A program made the position numbers and the translations under genes. Shown one piece after another: positions 8,458-17,304 of a stretch of DNA of 44,989 nucleotides; position 1 is the first letter of the stretch; the number at the start of each line of letters is the position of its first letter. The notes below the pieces were generated by a model, which made no database searches, had not been told where the DNA came from, and saw nothing but the letters and a program-made list of their open reading frames with translations. Source of the stretch: a virus (lineage: Duplodnaviria > Heunggongvirae > Uroviricota > Caudoviricetes). The stretch lies in IMG/VR virus record IMGVR_UViG_2872703611_000005; one strand, written 5' to 3'.

Positions 8458-9204
8458 ATGAAAAATATCGCGGCAGGTGGTGTTCTTGAGCGTATCCGTA
8501 AGCTGACCCCGCAGCATGTAATCGCGCCGTACCGGACAGTGGATGAGTGGCGCGAGTGGCAACTGGCTGAAGGGCGAAAACGTAGCGAGGAGATCAACCG
8601 CCAGAATCGCCAGTTGCGGGTGGAAAAAATCCTGAATCGTTCGGGCATCCAGCCTCTGCACAGCAAATGCTCGTTTGCGAATTATCAGGTGCAGAACGAC
8701 GGGCAAAAACATGCGCTGAGCCAGGCAAAATCCATCGCTGACGAACTGATGACCGGGTGCACGAATTTTGTGTTCAGCGGTAAGCCGGGTACCGGAAAGA
8801 ACCACCTTGCAGCCGCCATTGGCAATCATCTTCTGGCGAAAGGTCGCAGCGTGATTGTGATAACGGTGGCTGATGTGATGCTGGCGTTACACAACAGCTA
8901 CGACAACAAAAACTCAGGCGAAAAATTTTTACAGGGGTTGTGTGATGTTGACCTGCTTGTCCTGGATGAAATCGGAATGCAGCGGGATACGCGCAACGAG
9001 CAGGTCACACTGAACCAGATAGTCGACCGCAGAACGGCTTCGATGCGTAGTGTCGGAATGCTGACGAACCTGAACCACGTAGCGATGAGTACGCTTCTTG
9101 GCGAGCGTGTGATGGACCGCATGGTCATGAACGGTGGTCGCTGGGTGAATTTTAACTGGGAGAGCTGGCGTTCGAATGTCAGACACCTGAGGGTTGTGAA
9201 GTAA
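8458..9204 (+). CDS. DnaC-like helicase loader ATPase (IstB/DnaC family)
   Basis: 248 aa; Walker A GKPGTGKNHLA and Walker B LLVLDEIG; DnaC-like overall. Confidence 0.85.
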   Translation: MKNIAAGGVLERIRKLTPQHVIAPYRTVDEWREWQLAEGRKRSEEINRQNRQLRVEKILNRSGIQPLHSKCSFANYQVQNDGQKHALSQAKSIADELMTGCTNFVFSGKPGTGKNHLAAAIGNHLLAKGRSVIVITVADVMLALHNSYDNKNSGEKFLQGLCDVDLLVLDEIGMQRDTRNEQVTLNQIVDRRTASMRSVGMLTNLNHVAMSTLLGERVMDRMVMNGGRWVNFNWESWRSNVRHLRVVK

Positions 9205-9225
9205 TTTTGTCCGGAGGAAATTTTA

Positions 9226-9987
9226 ATGGAAACCGTTTTTGACGCACTGAAAGCAATGGGAAAAGCCACATCGGTAGAACTGGCCGCGCGACTTGATATC
9301 AGTCGTGAAGAGGTTCTCAACGAGCTGTGGGAACTCAAAAGAAATGGCGTCGTTGATAAAACTGGTCACACCTGGTTTCTGGCTGGCGAAGGTGAATCCC
9401 TGGTAACCGAAGAGCGGCCAGTAAAATCTGAAGCACAGGATATGCTGACCGGGGAGGTCGAACAAAAAGTTACAGCAGACATGATGATTGAGTTTATCGG
9501 TCAGGATGGGGCTAAAACGTGTGAAGAACTGGCGGGTAAGTTCGGCATCAGTACTCGCAAGGTTGCTTCCACGCTGGCGGTGGTAACTGCAACGGGGCGA
9601 CTGGCACGCGTTAATCAGAGCGGTAAATTTCGTTACTGCATGCCGGGCGGTAATTTACCAGCAGAGCCGAAAGCAGCATCGGTAACGGAAAATGATGGTA
9701 AGGCCTTTCCTCAGCCAGCAGGTGTTGCGTTACCAGTCCGGGAAGCCGCAACACAGGAAGAAATTAAAACAGAAACTGTAGCGGGCATTGTGCAGTCGCT
9801 GCCATCGTTTACTGAAACGCGAGCGGATGACCTGATTTTACCATCGCTGCATATGGCAAACCTCGAACTGCGTCGGGCGAAAAGTCATGTCCAGAAGTGG
9901 GAACGAGTCTGCGCCGCGCTGCGGGAGCTGAACAAGCACCGGGATATTCTTCGTGATATTACCGCGACCGGAGAGCTGCAGCGGTGA
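9226..9987 (+). CDS. Hypothetical prophage protein
   Basis: 253 aa ORF with AGGA RBS; resembles a prophage family I recall as DUF1627, unverified. Confidence 0.5.
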   Translation: METVFDALKAMGKATSVELAARLDISREEVLNELWELKRNGVVDKTGHTWFLAGEGESLVTEERPVKSEAQDMLTGEVEQKVTADMMIEFIGQDGAKTCEELAGKFGISTRKVASTLAVVTATGRLARVNQSGKFRYCMPGGNLPAEPKAASVTENDGKAFPQPAGVALPVREAATQEEIKTETVAGIVQSLPSFTETRADDLILPSLHMANLELRRAKSHVQKWERVCAALRELNKHRDILRDITATGELQR

Positions 9988-10301
9988 GTGGCTGGAAGAA
10001 GTGGTACGAGGCTGAAATCATGATACTCCGGCAGTGTGCGGGAACGATGACGGTCGAAAGCATTGGGAGGCTGACCGGTCGTACAGGTGATGCTGTCAGA
10101 ACGAAAGCGCGGGAACTGGGTGTCAGCCTGATGTTACGGGGTGATTATCACCAGTCAACAAAATATCCGCAGAGTGATATTGAACTGGCGCGACAGCTGC
10201 ATCAGCGTGGCGTACCCAGGAGAGAAATCGCCAGAAAATTTGGAATGCCGTTGCGCACAGTGAATAACTACGTTTATTTCGACAGGAGAGTTCAGGAGTG
10301 A
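9984..10301 (+). CDS. Hypothetical small protein
   Basis: 105 aa; overlapping start/stop with neighbours, suggesting translational coupling. Confidence 0.45.
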   Translation: MSGWKKWYEAEIMILRQCAGTMTVESIGRLTGRTGDAVRTKARELGVSLMLRGDYHQSTKYPQSDIELARQLHQRGVPRREIARKFGMPLRTVNNYVYFDRRVQE

Positions 10302-10648
10302 GGGTGAGAGTTTATATTGCCGGTCCAATGACCGGGTATAAAAATTTCAACCGTGAGGCGTTCCACAAGGCGGAAGAGGAACTGAAACGGGAAGGGCATA
10401 CAGTCTTGAACCCGGCAGTACTTCCGGACGGGCTGACACAGCAGCACTACATGGATATCTGCATGGCAATGATACGTAGCGTGGATGCGATTTATATGCT
10501 GAAAGACTGGCAACGGTCAGCAGGCGCTAAAGCGGAACTGGCTCTGGCGGAGAAGCTAGGGCATGTGGTTGTTTTTCAGAGGGGGGCGATATGCCGATTC
10601 TCTGGTTTCAGGAGGTGTGGGAAAAAGAAATGTGGGAAGGTCTTGTGA
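10298..10648 (+). CDS. DUF4406-like protein (nucleoside 2-deoxyribosyltransferase-like fold)
   Basis: N-terminus [22 protein letters not shown]...NPA is characteristic of the family; C-terminal extent uncertain. Confidence 0.6.
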   Translation: MRVRVYIAGPMTGYKNFNREAFHKAEEELKREGHTVLNPAVLPDGLTQQHYMDICMAMIRSVDAIYMLKDWQRSAGAKAELALAEKLGHVVVFQRGAICRFSGFRRCGKKKCGKVL

Positions 10649-10743
10649 TTGTGGCCGAAACAGTTCTTTTATTATGGTCTGTGATTGCGTGTATTTTTAT
10701 GATTTATTGTGAATGATGTGAATCTCGCGGTGGCCACTGAATT

Positions 10744-10786
10744 GCAACCATTACCCCCTGTGATGTAATTGTGGGGTAATGGTTGC
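10744..10786. promoter_or_regulatory. Perfect 14-bp inverted repeat with 15-nt spacer (putative binding site or RNA hairpin)
   Basis: GCAACCATTACCCC (10744-10757) ... GGGGTAATGGTTGC (10773-10786); no following T-tract. Confidence 0.5.
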
Positions 10787-10819
10787 GCAGGCATAGCGAC
10801 AGGACTGGATGAGAAAAAT

Positions 10820-11242
10820 ATGACGAAATTTACCAGAGAGCAATTGATTGCTCATGCTAATGAAAGTGTGAAATCCATGAAATTTGCTGCGCGACAGACC
10901 GTGTTTAAGACTTCAAGAGTTGCCATTGAAATGGATCTTGCGCTTGCCCGTATTGCGCTTGCCTCACTTGAAGCAATGCCAGTTGCATGGTCCTGTGCTC
11001 ACAATATGGTTTTGTTCAATGCTGAATCTGTTGCGGCATACGCAAAACACTCAGCCATTGCGCCAAAACCCCTGTACGCTGCGCAACCGGCATCACTTTC
11101 ACATGAGGAAGAGTTGGTAATGCTGGTTAAACAATTGGTAAGTCAGTTGAAAAAAGCGAAACCAGATTGCAAATTACCGGATATGGCGATGGGGTATCTG
11201 GAGCGGAATGGGCTGATAAGCGCGGAGGATGTTTTACGATGA
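10820..11242 (+). CDS. Hypothetical protein
   Basis: 140 aa from ATG at 10820 with a GGATGAG RBS-like sequence upstream. Confidence 0.45.
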   Translation: MTKFTREQLIAHANESVKSMKFAARQTVFKTSRVAIEMDLALARIALASLEAMPVAWSCAHNMVLFNAESVAAYAKHSAIAPKPLYAAQPASLSHEEELVMLVKQLVSQLKKAKPDCKLPDMAMGYLERNGLISAEDVLR

Positions 11243-11339
11243 CCTGGCCGGAGGCATTCACAACGAAAGGAATTGCAATGGCGGCAGCACTTGTTGTGTA
11301 TTCGATTTGCAGCTGGGGATAAAAACGGTTTGCGGGGAA

Positions 11340-11533
11340 ATCTTAGTTAAGTAGAATGACTGTGGGTGCTTGAGGCTATCTGTCTCAGGCATGAACACCA
11401 AAAGGCAGATAGAGAAAAGCCCCAGTTAACATTACGCGTCCTGCAAGACGCTTAACATTAATCTGAGGCTCAATCCATGCTGAACACATGTAGGTTAGCC
11501 TCTTACGTGCCGAAAGGCAAGGAGAAGCAGGCT
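11340..11533. promoter_or_regulatory. hok leader region, expected to carry the mok-like upstream frame and antisense Sok RNA
   Basis: Long leader upstream of hok with an in-frame upstream ATG at 11477; architecture typical of hok/sok loci; sok boundaries not determined. Confidence 0.4.
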
Positions 11534-11689
11534 ATGAAGCAGCAAAAGGCGATGTTAATCGCCCTTATCGTCATCTGTTTAACCGTCATAGTGACGGCAC
11601 TGGTAACGAGGAAAGACCTCTGCGAGGTACGAATCCGAACCGGCCAGACGGAGGTCGCTGTCTTCACAGCTTACGAACCTGAGGAGTAA
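11534..11689 (+). CDS. hok: Hok/Gef family type I toxin
   Basis: 51 aa MKQQKAMLIALIVICLTVIVTALVTRKDLCEVRIRTGQTEVAVFTAYEPEE, matches my recollection of E. coli HokD/RelF. Confidence 0.9.
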   Translation: MKQQKAMLIALIVICLTVIVTALVTRKDLCEVRIRTGQTEVAVFTAYEPEE

Positions 11690-11758
11690 GAGACCCAGCG
11701 GGGGAGAAATCCCTCGCCGCCTCTGATGTGTCAGGCATCCTCAACGCACCCGCACTTA

Positions 11759-11780
11759 ACCCGCTTCGGCGGGTTTTTCG
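11759..11780 (+). terminator. Intrinsic terminator after hok
   Basis: CCCGCTTCGGCGGG stem-loop followed by TTTTT. Confidence 0.7.
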
Positions 11781-11904
11781 TCGCATTATGAGGTTGTAAT
11801 TTTAGCTACCATGAGACTATCCTAAGGATCTCAAACAGATCTATTTTGTATCAAATTTGGTGCATGGCTTTGCCAATAATCGGAAAACAAAAGGACTCAT
11901 TAGT

Positions 11905-12084
11905 ATGAGCTGCCCACTCAAAAAACACACGCGGTTGAGTATTCCGCCTCGCGATAAAAGCGTTGTGGCAGTCCCTCGCCCAGTGATTGATGAAAACTGC
12001 GCACATCGTGAACAAGTGAAAAATGCTTTTGATTTCGGTTTTTCTCGTTATGAGAAAGCCATGGAAGAACTTTCAAAAGTGTAA
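11905..12084 (+). CDS. Small protein upstream of Doc-like toxin (candidate antitoxin)
   Basis: 59 aa from ATG at 11905; stop 18 nt before the Doc-like start; no Phd/YefM similarity recognised. Confidence 0.4.
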   Translation: MSCPLKKHTRLSIPPRDKSVVAVPRPVIDENCAHREQVKNAFDFGFSRYEKAMEELSKV

Positions 12085-12102
12085 TGATGGGTATTGTACT
12101 CT

Positions 12103-12588
12103 ATGGCTGAGATTGTTGAAGGAGTGCATTACCTTACGGTTGATGATCTTGTTGAAATCAATCATTCCCTAATTGAATTACAGACGCCAGATGAGCCCGT
12201 TGGTGTTCTGAGTCCAGATAACTTAAGTTCTTCTCAGGCCCGTCCCAGCATGGTTCGATGGTATGAACAGACTAATGACATGTTTGTACTGGCATCGGTA
12301 TTGATTGAAAGTCTGATTCAGAATCATCCGTTTGCTAATGCGAACAAACGAACAGCTATGATGGCTGGTTACGTCTTCTTGTTGTTGAATGGCTATGAGT
12401 TAACAGCACCAGGCGATGAAATCGTGGAAATGGCAGAGGGACTGGCCTGCAAAACCTATACTCGAGAAGATCTCGAGAACTGGTTGTGTTATTGGTCTCG
12501 CGCGTATGACAGCCGGGAATTATGTAAAACAAGCGCAACTATTGTTTTGTATGAAACTATCAAGCTTAAAATAGAACAGCAAAACTAA
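12103..12588 (+). CDS. Doc/Fic family toxin (death-on-curing-like kinase domain)
   Basis: Motif HPFANANKRTA matches the Doc signature HxFx(D/N)(A/G)NKR (P1 Doc HIFNDANKRTA, recalled); start may be TTG at 12094. Confidence 0.75.
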   Translation: MAEIVEGVHYLTVDDLVEINHSLIELQTPDEPVGVLSPDNLSSSQARPSMVRWYEQTNDMFVLASVLIESLIQNHPFANANKRTAMMAGYVFLLLNGYELTAPGDEIVEMAEGLACKTYTREDLENWLCYWSRAYDSRELCKTSATIVLYETIKLKIEQQN

Positions 12589-12602
12589 AGGTGCTTCCAA
12601 TG

Positions 12603-12628
12603 AAAACCCGCTTCGGCGGGTTTTTTAT
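12603..12628 (+). terminator. Intrinsic terminator after Doc-like gene
   Basis: AAAACCCGCTTCGGCGGGTTTTTTATT; same hairpin as the hok terminator. Confidence 0.75.
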
Positions 12629-12679
12629 TTTAATGGACTAAATTTTAGCCAATTCTTCTATTTAACCGACCAGGGTTTG

Positions 12680-12707
12680 TTGATTAGCTGGTATGCCTGA
12701 CTAGAAT
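12680..12707 (+). promoter_or_regulatory. Putative sigma70 promoter for the 87-aa ORF
   Basis: TTGATT - 16 nt - TAGAAT, located between a terminator and the ORF at 12786. Confidence 0.5.
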
Positions 12708-12785
12708 CGATGCACTTAAGTAGCGCGCAGGGAGAAGAGGGATGGACCCCAAACAGGGGAGTGCTATTTATCTGGAAGGATTCTG

Positions 12786-13049
12786 TTGATGAAAATCAGA
12801 GAATTACGTGAAATTTTTAGTGAAGATGGCCTCTATACTGTGCGCGTTGAGAATGGCGCAATTGTCAGCCACTGCCGTATTAAATGTTTACAGTCTCAAC
12901 AAAGGAAGAGTGGAGCTGCGTTAATTCATTTGGTGGATGGGCTTGTGACGGATGGTTTTATTTTGCGTGCAAATGAATTTGTCACATCGTTGCCGTCTCT
13001 GAAAGAAGCTGGGATTAAGGCTGGTTTTTCTGCTTTTGAAGATGAGTGA
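12786..13049 (+). CDS. Hypothetical 87-aa protein
   Basis: ORF with its own upstream promoter-like sequence and a preceding terminator; no family recognised. Confidence 0.45.
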   Translation: MMKIRELREIFSEDGLYTVRVENGAIVSHCRIKCLQSQQRKSGAALIHLVDGLVTDGFILRANEFVTSLPSLKEAGIKAGFSAFEDE

Positions 13050-13115
13050 ATTCATCTACAATTCAGCGCAGGGCTGAACCCCTGTTGAGTAACACTGTGC
13101 CACCGGAGAAAGCCG

Positions 13116-13394
13116 ATGGCGCAAAATTCCAGACTACACAATTCTGATAATTCAGCCGCCTTTGCCAGCAGGCACGGGCGGCGCTCTCATGCATTCAAAT
13201 ATGACTGGTATCAGCACGATCCCTGCACCGAAGAACAGGCTGAATGGCTGATTCAGCGCTACCGCAGACACGGATACGAGATTAAGAAAGCCCTCAGCCT
13301 CGATTATCGTCTCTGGATAATCTACGTCAGACTCCCTTATTCCGAACGCCCACCGCGTCCGTCCCGCACATTCCAGCAACGCATCTGGAGGTAA
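13116..13394 (+). CDS. Hypothetical 92-aa protein
   Basis: ORF ending 2 nt before the DUF968-like reading frame; could be an independent gene or a frameshifted N-terminal segment. Confidence 0.35.
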   Translation: MAQNSRLHNSDNSAAFASRHGRRSHAFKYDWYQHDPCTEEQAEWLIQRYRRHGYEIKKALSLDYRLWIIYVRLPYSERPPRPSRTFQQRIWR

Positions 13395-13467
13395 CGTGCG
13401 GGTATTACTTCGACCTGTTCCGGTACCGGAACTTGGGCTGGTGGTGCTAAAACCGGGCCGTGAATCC

Positions 13468-14454
13468 ATGCAGGTATTTCATAACCCTCGAGTTCTGGTG
13501 GAGCCGGAACCGAAAAGCATGCGCGGTCTGCCGTCCGGAGTCGTTCCTGCCGTTCGCCAGCCATTGGCGGAGGATAAATCACTACTGCCATTTTTCAGCG
13601 ATGAGCGGGTGATTCGTGCTGCTGGCGGTGCTGGTGCGCTGTCTGACTGGCTGTTACGCCACGTTAAATCCTGCCAGTGGCCACACGGCGATTATCATCA
13701 CAGCGAAACCGTCATACATCGTTATGGTATCGGCGCAATGGTGTTGTGCTGGCACTGCGACAACCAGCTGCGTGACCAGACCTCCGAATCACTCGGGCAA
13801 CTTGCTCATCAAAACCTGTCAGCATGGATGATTGACGTCATACGCCATGCAGTGAATGGCACGCAGGAGCGGGAATTATCGCTGGCTGAATTGTGCTGCT
13901 GGGCTTCTGTAAATGATGTAGTGGATGCCATGACCGAAAATATGGCGCGTCGAATCCTGAAGCTTCCGGGTGAAAAAATCCGCTCAGTATACCGCGAGAG
14001 CGACATCGTACCGGGAGAGCAGACCGCCATCAGCATACTGAAGCAGCGCACAAAAAATATTGCGCCGTTGCCTCACGCCCACCAGCAACAGAATCCACCA
14101 CAGGAAAAGACGGTGGTCAGCATTGCCGTTGATCCGGAGTCACCGGCTCAGTATCTCCAGCGCCAGAAACCACAACGGGAAGAGATGCCTGTATACACGC
14201 GTTGGGTAAAAACGCAGAAATGCATGACGTGTGGCAATCAGGCAGATGATCCGCATCACATCATGGGTCATGGACTGGGAGGGATGGGAACAAAGGCTGA
14301 TGATTTGTTTGTTATTCCGCTGTGCCGTAAATGCCATAGCGAACTACACGCCGGGGTAAAAGATTTTGAAGAAAAACACGGCAGCCAGCTGTTGTTGCTG
14401 ATTCGTTTTTTAATGCACGCGAGAAATTCGGGTGTCCTGAAGTGGAAAGCATGA
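13468..14454 (+). CDS. DUF968-like prophage protein (YdfU-like)
   Basis: C-terminal CMTCGNQADDPHHIMGHGLGGMGTKADDLFVIPLCRKCHSELH fits the DUF968 family as I recall it; start uncertain (GTG at 13396 or ATG at 13468). Confidence 0.65.
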   Translation: MQVFHNPRVLVEPEPKSMRGLPSGVVPAVRQPLAEDKSLLPFFSDERVIRAAGGAGALSDWLLRHVKSCQWPHGDYHHSETVIHRYGIGAMVLCWHCDNQLRDQTSESLGQLAHQNLSAWMIDVIRHAVNGTQERELSLAELCCWASVNDVVDAMTENMARRILKLPGEKIRSVYRESDIVPGEQTAISILKQRTKNIAPLPHAHQQQNPPQEKTVVSIAVDPESPAQYLQRQKPQREEMPVYTRWVKTQKCMTCGNQADDPHHIMGHGLGGMGTKADDLFVIPLCRKCHSELHAGVKDFEEKHGSQLLLLIRFLMHARNSGVLKWKA

Positions 14455-14811
14455 ATGACTGAACGCATAGAATTTGTTTTGCCTTACCCGCCAACGGTGA
14501 ACACTTACTGGCGACGTCGTGGCAGCACATATTTTGTATCAAAAGCCGGTGAGCGTTATCGCCGTGATGTGGCGCTTATTGTTCGCCAGCAGCGGCTGAA
14601 ATTAAACCTGTCCGGAAGGCTGGCGATAAAGATTATTGCAGAGCCACCGGATAAACGTCGTCGTGACCTGGACAATATCCTGAAAGCACCACTGGATGCG
14701 CTGACGCATGCCGGACTTCTCATAGACGACGAGCAGTTTGATGAAATCAATATTGTGCGCGGTCAGCTCGTTCCTGGGGGGGCGGCTGGGCGTGAAGATT
14801 TACAAAATTGA
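14455..14811 (+). CDS. rusA: Holliday junction resolvase RusA
   Basis: 118 aa; LPYPPTVNTYWRRRG ... DKRRRDLDNILKAPLDALTHAGLLIDDEQ matches RusA motifs. Confidence 0.9.
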   Translation: MTERIEFVLPYPPTVNTYWRRRGSTYFVSKAGERYRRDVALIVRQQRLKLNLSGRLAIKIIAEPPDKRRRDLDNILKAPLDALTHAGLLIDDEQFDEINIVRGQLVPGGAAGREDLQN

Positions 14812-14829
14812 GAGTGAGTGATCGTAAAT

Positions 14830-15372
14830 ATGATATATCCGGAAATTACAGGCAAAAGCGGCGAGCATTTACGTCTAAAAACGCTGGAAGTCGTCTGGAT
14901 CCAGGGGAAATTACGGATGTGGGGGCGTTGGTCGTATATAGGTGGTGGCAAACCAGGAAATATGTTCAATCAGTTGCTGGCATCCAAAAAACTGACAAAA
15001 ACCGCAATCAATGAAGCCCTGCGTAGAATCAGGGAGTCAGGGATTGATAAACCAGAGCTGGAAGCATTCTTGCGAGAGATGATCGCTGGCAGACAGAAGA
15101 GCTGGTTGTCTCACTGTACTGATGCAGAGGCGTTACGCATTGATGGGGTGATAAGTAAAGCGCTTGCACGTTATCCTGGATTGATTGATATCCTGCGGCA
15201 AAGGTACGAAGGGCGGGGGATGAGTAAACGCAAAATGGCTGAATTGTTGAATGAGGTTCACCCTGAGTGGTGCTATGCAACATGCCGCAATCGTATAGAT
15301 ATGTGGCTGAGAATAGCTGAGTTTATTCTGTATCCACTGATGCGAGATGCATTTTCTTTTACTGACGCTTAG
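14830..15372 (+). CDS. Late-gene antiterminator Q
   Basis: About 180 aa, just upstream of a late promoter/terminator region; resembles the Q antiterminator family; alternative GTG start at 14818. Confidence 0.7.
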   Translation: MIYPEITGKSGEHLRLKTLEVVWIQGKLRMWGRWSYIGGGKPGNMFNQLLASKKLTKTAINEALRRIRESGIDKPELEAFLREMIAGRQKSWLSHCTDAEALRIDGVISKALARYPGLIDILRQRYEGRGMSKRKMAELLNEVHPEWCYATCRNRIDMWLRIAEFILYPLMRDAFSFTDA

Positions 15373-15536
15373 AATCTGGAGGGCGTTTGTTGTTGCACGA
15401 AGAGGATTTTTGGCTGGTAGTAAGGTTTATGCAGTTTTAGAAAAAAAGCTTGTATTTTTAGCCATAAACTGTTTCAATCCAGCTACGCTTCGCAAAGCTG
15501 TACCGCGAGGCGAATAGCAGACATGGACACCTGAAA

Positions 15537-15561
15537 GAACCCGCTTTATGCGGGTTTTTTT
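15537..15561 (+). terminator. Intrinsic terminator downstream of Q (tR'-like)
   Basis: GAACCCGCTTTATGCGGGTTTTTTT; expected site of Q-dependent antitermination. Confidence 0.7.
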
Positions 15562-15684
15562 ATGCCTGAAAAACGGCACAGAACATTAAACGCGCTGGTA
15601 GTTGTGAATACTGGTCTTTCAGCTTGCTGGCTTTTTGGACAAGAGTTATTGGTATGTCACGTTAACCGGAAAAGGGAAAAAGGC

Positions 15685-15882
15685 ATGCTAAAACAGCAGG
15701 ATATGACCGAAACCGCCAGAGTGGTGTTTAATGAATTAAGCGTCACCGAACCGGCGACCATCGGGGAAATTGCGCAGAATACTTACCTTTCACGCGAACG
15801 TTGCCAGTTAATACTGACTCAGCTTGTTATGGCGGGTCTGGCAGATTATCAGTTCGGTTGTTACAGACGCCTTCCGCAGTGA
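15685..15882 (+). CDS. Small putative winged-helix protein upstream of the methyltransferase
   Basis: About 66 aa from an internal ATG (MLKQQDM...); TIGEIAQNTYLSRERCQLILTQLVMAGL resembles an HTH; start uncertain. Confidence 0.35.
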   Translation: MLKQQDMTETARVVFNELSVTEPATIGEIAQNTYLSRERCQLILTQLVMAGLADYQFGCYRRLPQ

Positions 15883-16032
15883 AGGCTTTTTAATTTGTGG
15901 TAATGGGCGGCTGGTGGGTGTTAGCGGCACCTGCCAGCCATCTGCTCATGCGTTGGGGTCACAAGCAAACCTCAGGCCCATCTGCTTTGCGCAAAAGCGG
16001 TATGAGCCTATCAGAGAAGTGCTTATTGATCT

Positions 16033-17082
16033 ATGATTAATACTGTAAAAATATCCAGTTGTGAGTTAATCAACGCTGATTGCCTGGAGTTTATCCAGAC
16101 CTTACCGGAAAACTCTGTCGATCTGATAGTCACAGACCCGCCATACTTTAAAGTGAAGCCCGAGGGCTGGGATAACCAGTGGAAGGGCGACGATGATTAC
16201 CTGAAATGGCTGGACCAGTGTCTGGCGCAGTTCTGGCGGGTACTGAAGCCTGCCGGAAGTCTTTACCTGTTCTGTGGTCATCGCCTGGCATCTGACACCG
16301 AAATCATGATGCGTGAGCGCTTTAATGTGCTGAACCACATTATCTGGGCGAAGCCGTCCGGACGCTGGAACGGGTGCAATAAGGAAAGTCTGCGGGCGTA
16401 TTTTCCGGCAACAGAGCGCATTCTGTTTGCAGAACATTATCAGGGACCGTATCGCCCGAAAGATGATGGCTATGTGGTACAGGGGCGCGGGCTAAAACAG
16501 CACGTCATGGCCCCGCTGATTTCTTACTTTCGTGATGCGCGTAAATCACTGGGAATAACGTCAAAACAGATAGCGGAAGCCACCGGAAAGAAAAACATGG
16601 CTTCGCACTGGTTTGGTACCAGTCAGTGGCAGTTACCGAACGAGGGTGATTACAACAAATTGCAGGCGTTGTTTGCGCGTGTTGCGGCAGAAAAACATCA
16701 GCGCGGGGAACTGGAAAAGCCACACCACCAGCTGGTCAGCACATACAGTGAGCTGAACCGGCAGTATACGGAACTGCTGAGTGAATATAAAAATTTGCGG
16801 CGGTATTTCGGTGTGACGGCGCAGGTTCCGTACACCGATGTCTGGACGCATAAACCGGTGCAGTACTATCCAGGGAAACATCCGTGCGAAAAACCGGCAG
16901 AAATGCTGCAGCAGATAATCAACGCGAGCAGTCGTCCGGGAGACCTGGTTGCAGATTTTTTTATGGGTTCAGGTTCAACGGTAAAAGCGGCGATGGCACT
17001 GGGGCGTCGTGCGATTGGTGTTGAGCTGGAGACCGGACGTTTTGAACAGACAGTCAGGGAAGTTCAGGATTTAATCGTTTGA
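16033..17082 (+). CDS. Orphan DNA amino-methyltransferase (N6-adenine or N4-cytosine; DPPY catalytic motif)
   Basis: 349 aa; DPPY motif near the N-terminus and a putative SAM-binding FxGxG (DFFMGSGST) near the C-terminus; no restriction partner seen. Confidence 0.85.
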   Translation: MINTVKISSCELINADCLEFIQTLPENSVDLIVTDPPYFKVKPEGWDNQWKGDDDYLKWLDQCLAQFWRVLKPAGSLYLFCGHRLASDTEIMMRERFNVLNHIIWAKPSGRWNGCNKESLRAYFPATERILFAEHYQGPYRPKDDGYVVQGRGLKQHVMAPLISYFRDARKSLGITSKQIAEATGKKNMASHWFGTSQWQLPNEGDYNKLQALFARVAAEKHQRGELEKPHHQLVSTYSELNRQYTELLSEYKNLRRYFGVTAQVPYTDVWTHKPVQYYPGKHPCEKPAEMLQQIINASSRPGDLVADFFMGSGSTVKAAMALGRRAIGVELETGRFEQTVREVQDLIV

Positions 17083-17131
17083 AACGGATGAGATTGCAGA
17101 ATTAATTACGCACCATTATTATTCTGCTCCC

Positions 17132-17207
17132 GGCCCTTTAGCTCAGTGGTGAGAGCGAGCGACTCATAATCGCCAGGTCGCTGGTTCAAATCCAGCAAGG
17201 GCCACCA
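17132..17207 (+). tRNA. tRNA with CAU anticodon (Ile2/Met type)
   Basis: Hand-folded cloverleaf; GGCCCTT/AAGGGCC acceptor, anticodon loop CTCATAA, GGTTCAAATCC T-arm, 3' CCA encoded. Confidence 0.8.
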
Positions 17208-17214
17208 TCACATA

Positions 17215-17291
17215 CCGCCATTAGCTCATCAGGATAGAGCGCCAGCCTTCGAAGCTGGTTGCGCGGGGTTCGAGTCCTCGATGGCGGTCCA
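17215..17291 (+). tRNA. tRNA-Arg (anticodon UCG)
   Basis: Hand-folded cloverleaf; anticodon loop CTTCGAA, T-arm GGTTCGAGTCC, 3' CCA; exact 5' end approximate. Confidence 0.7.
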
Positions 17292-17304
17292 TTATCTGTA
17301 CCCT

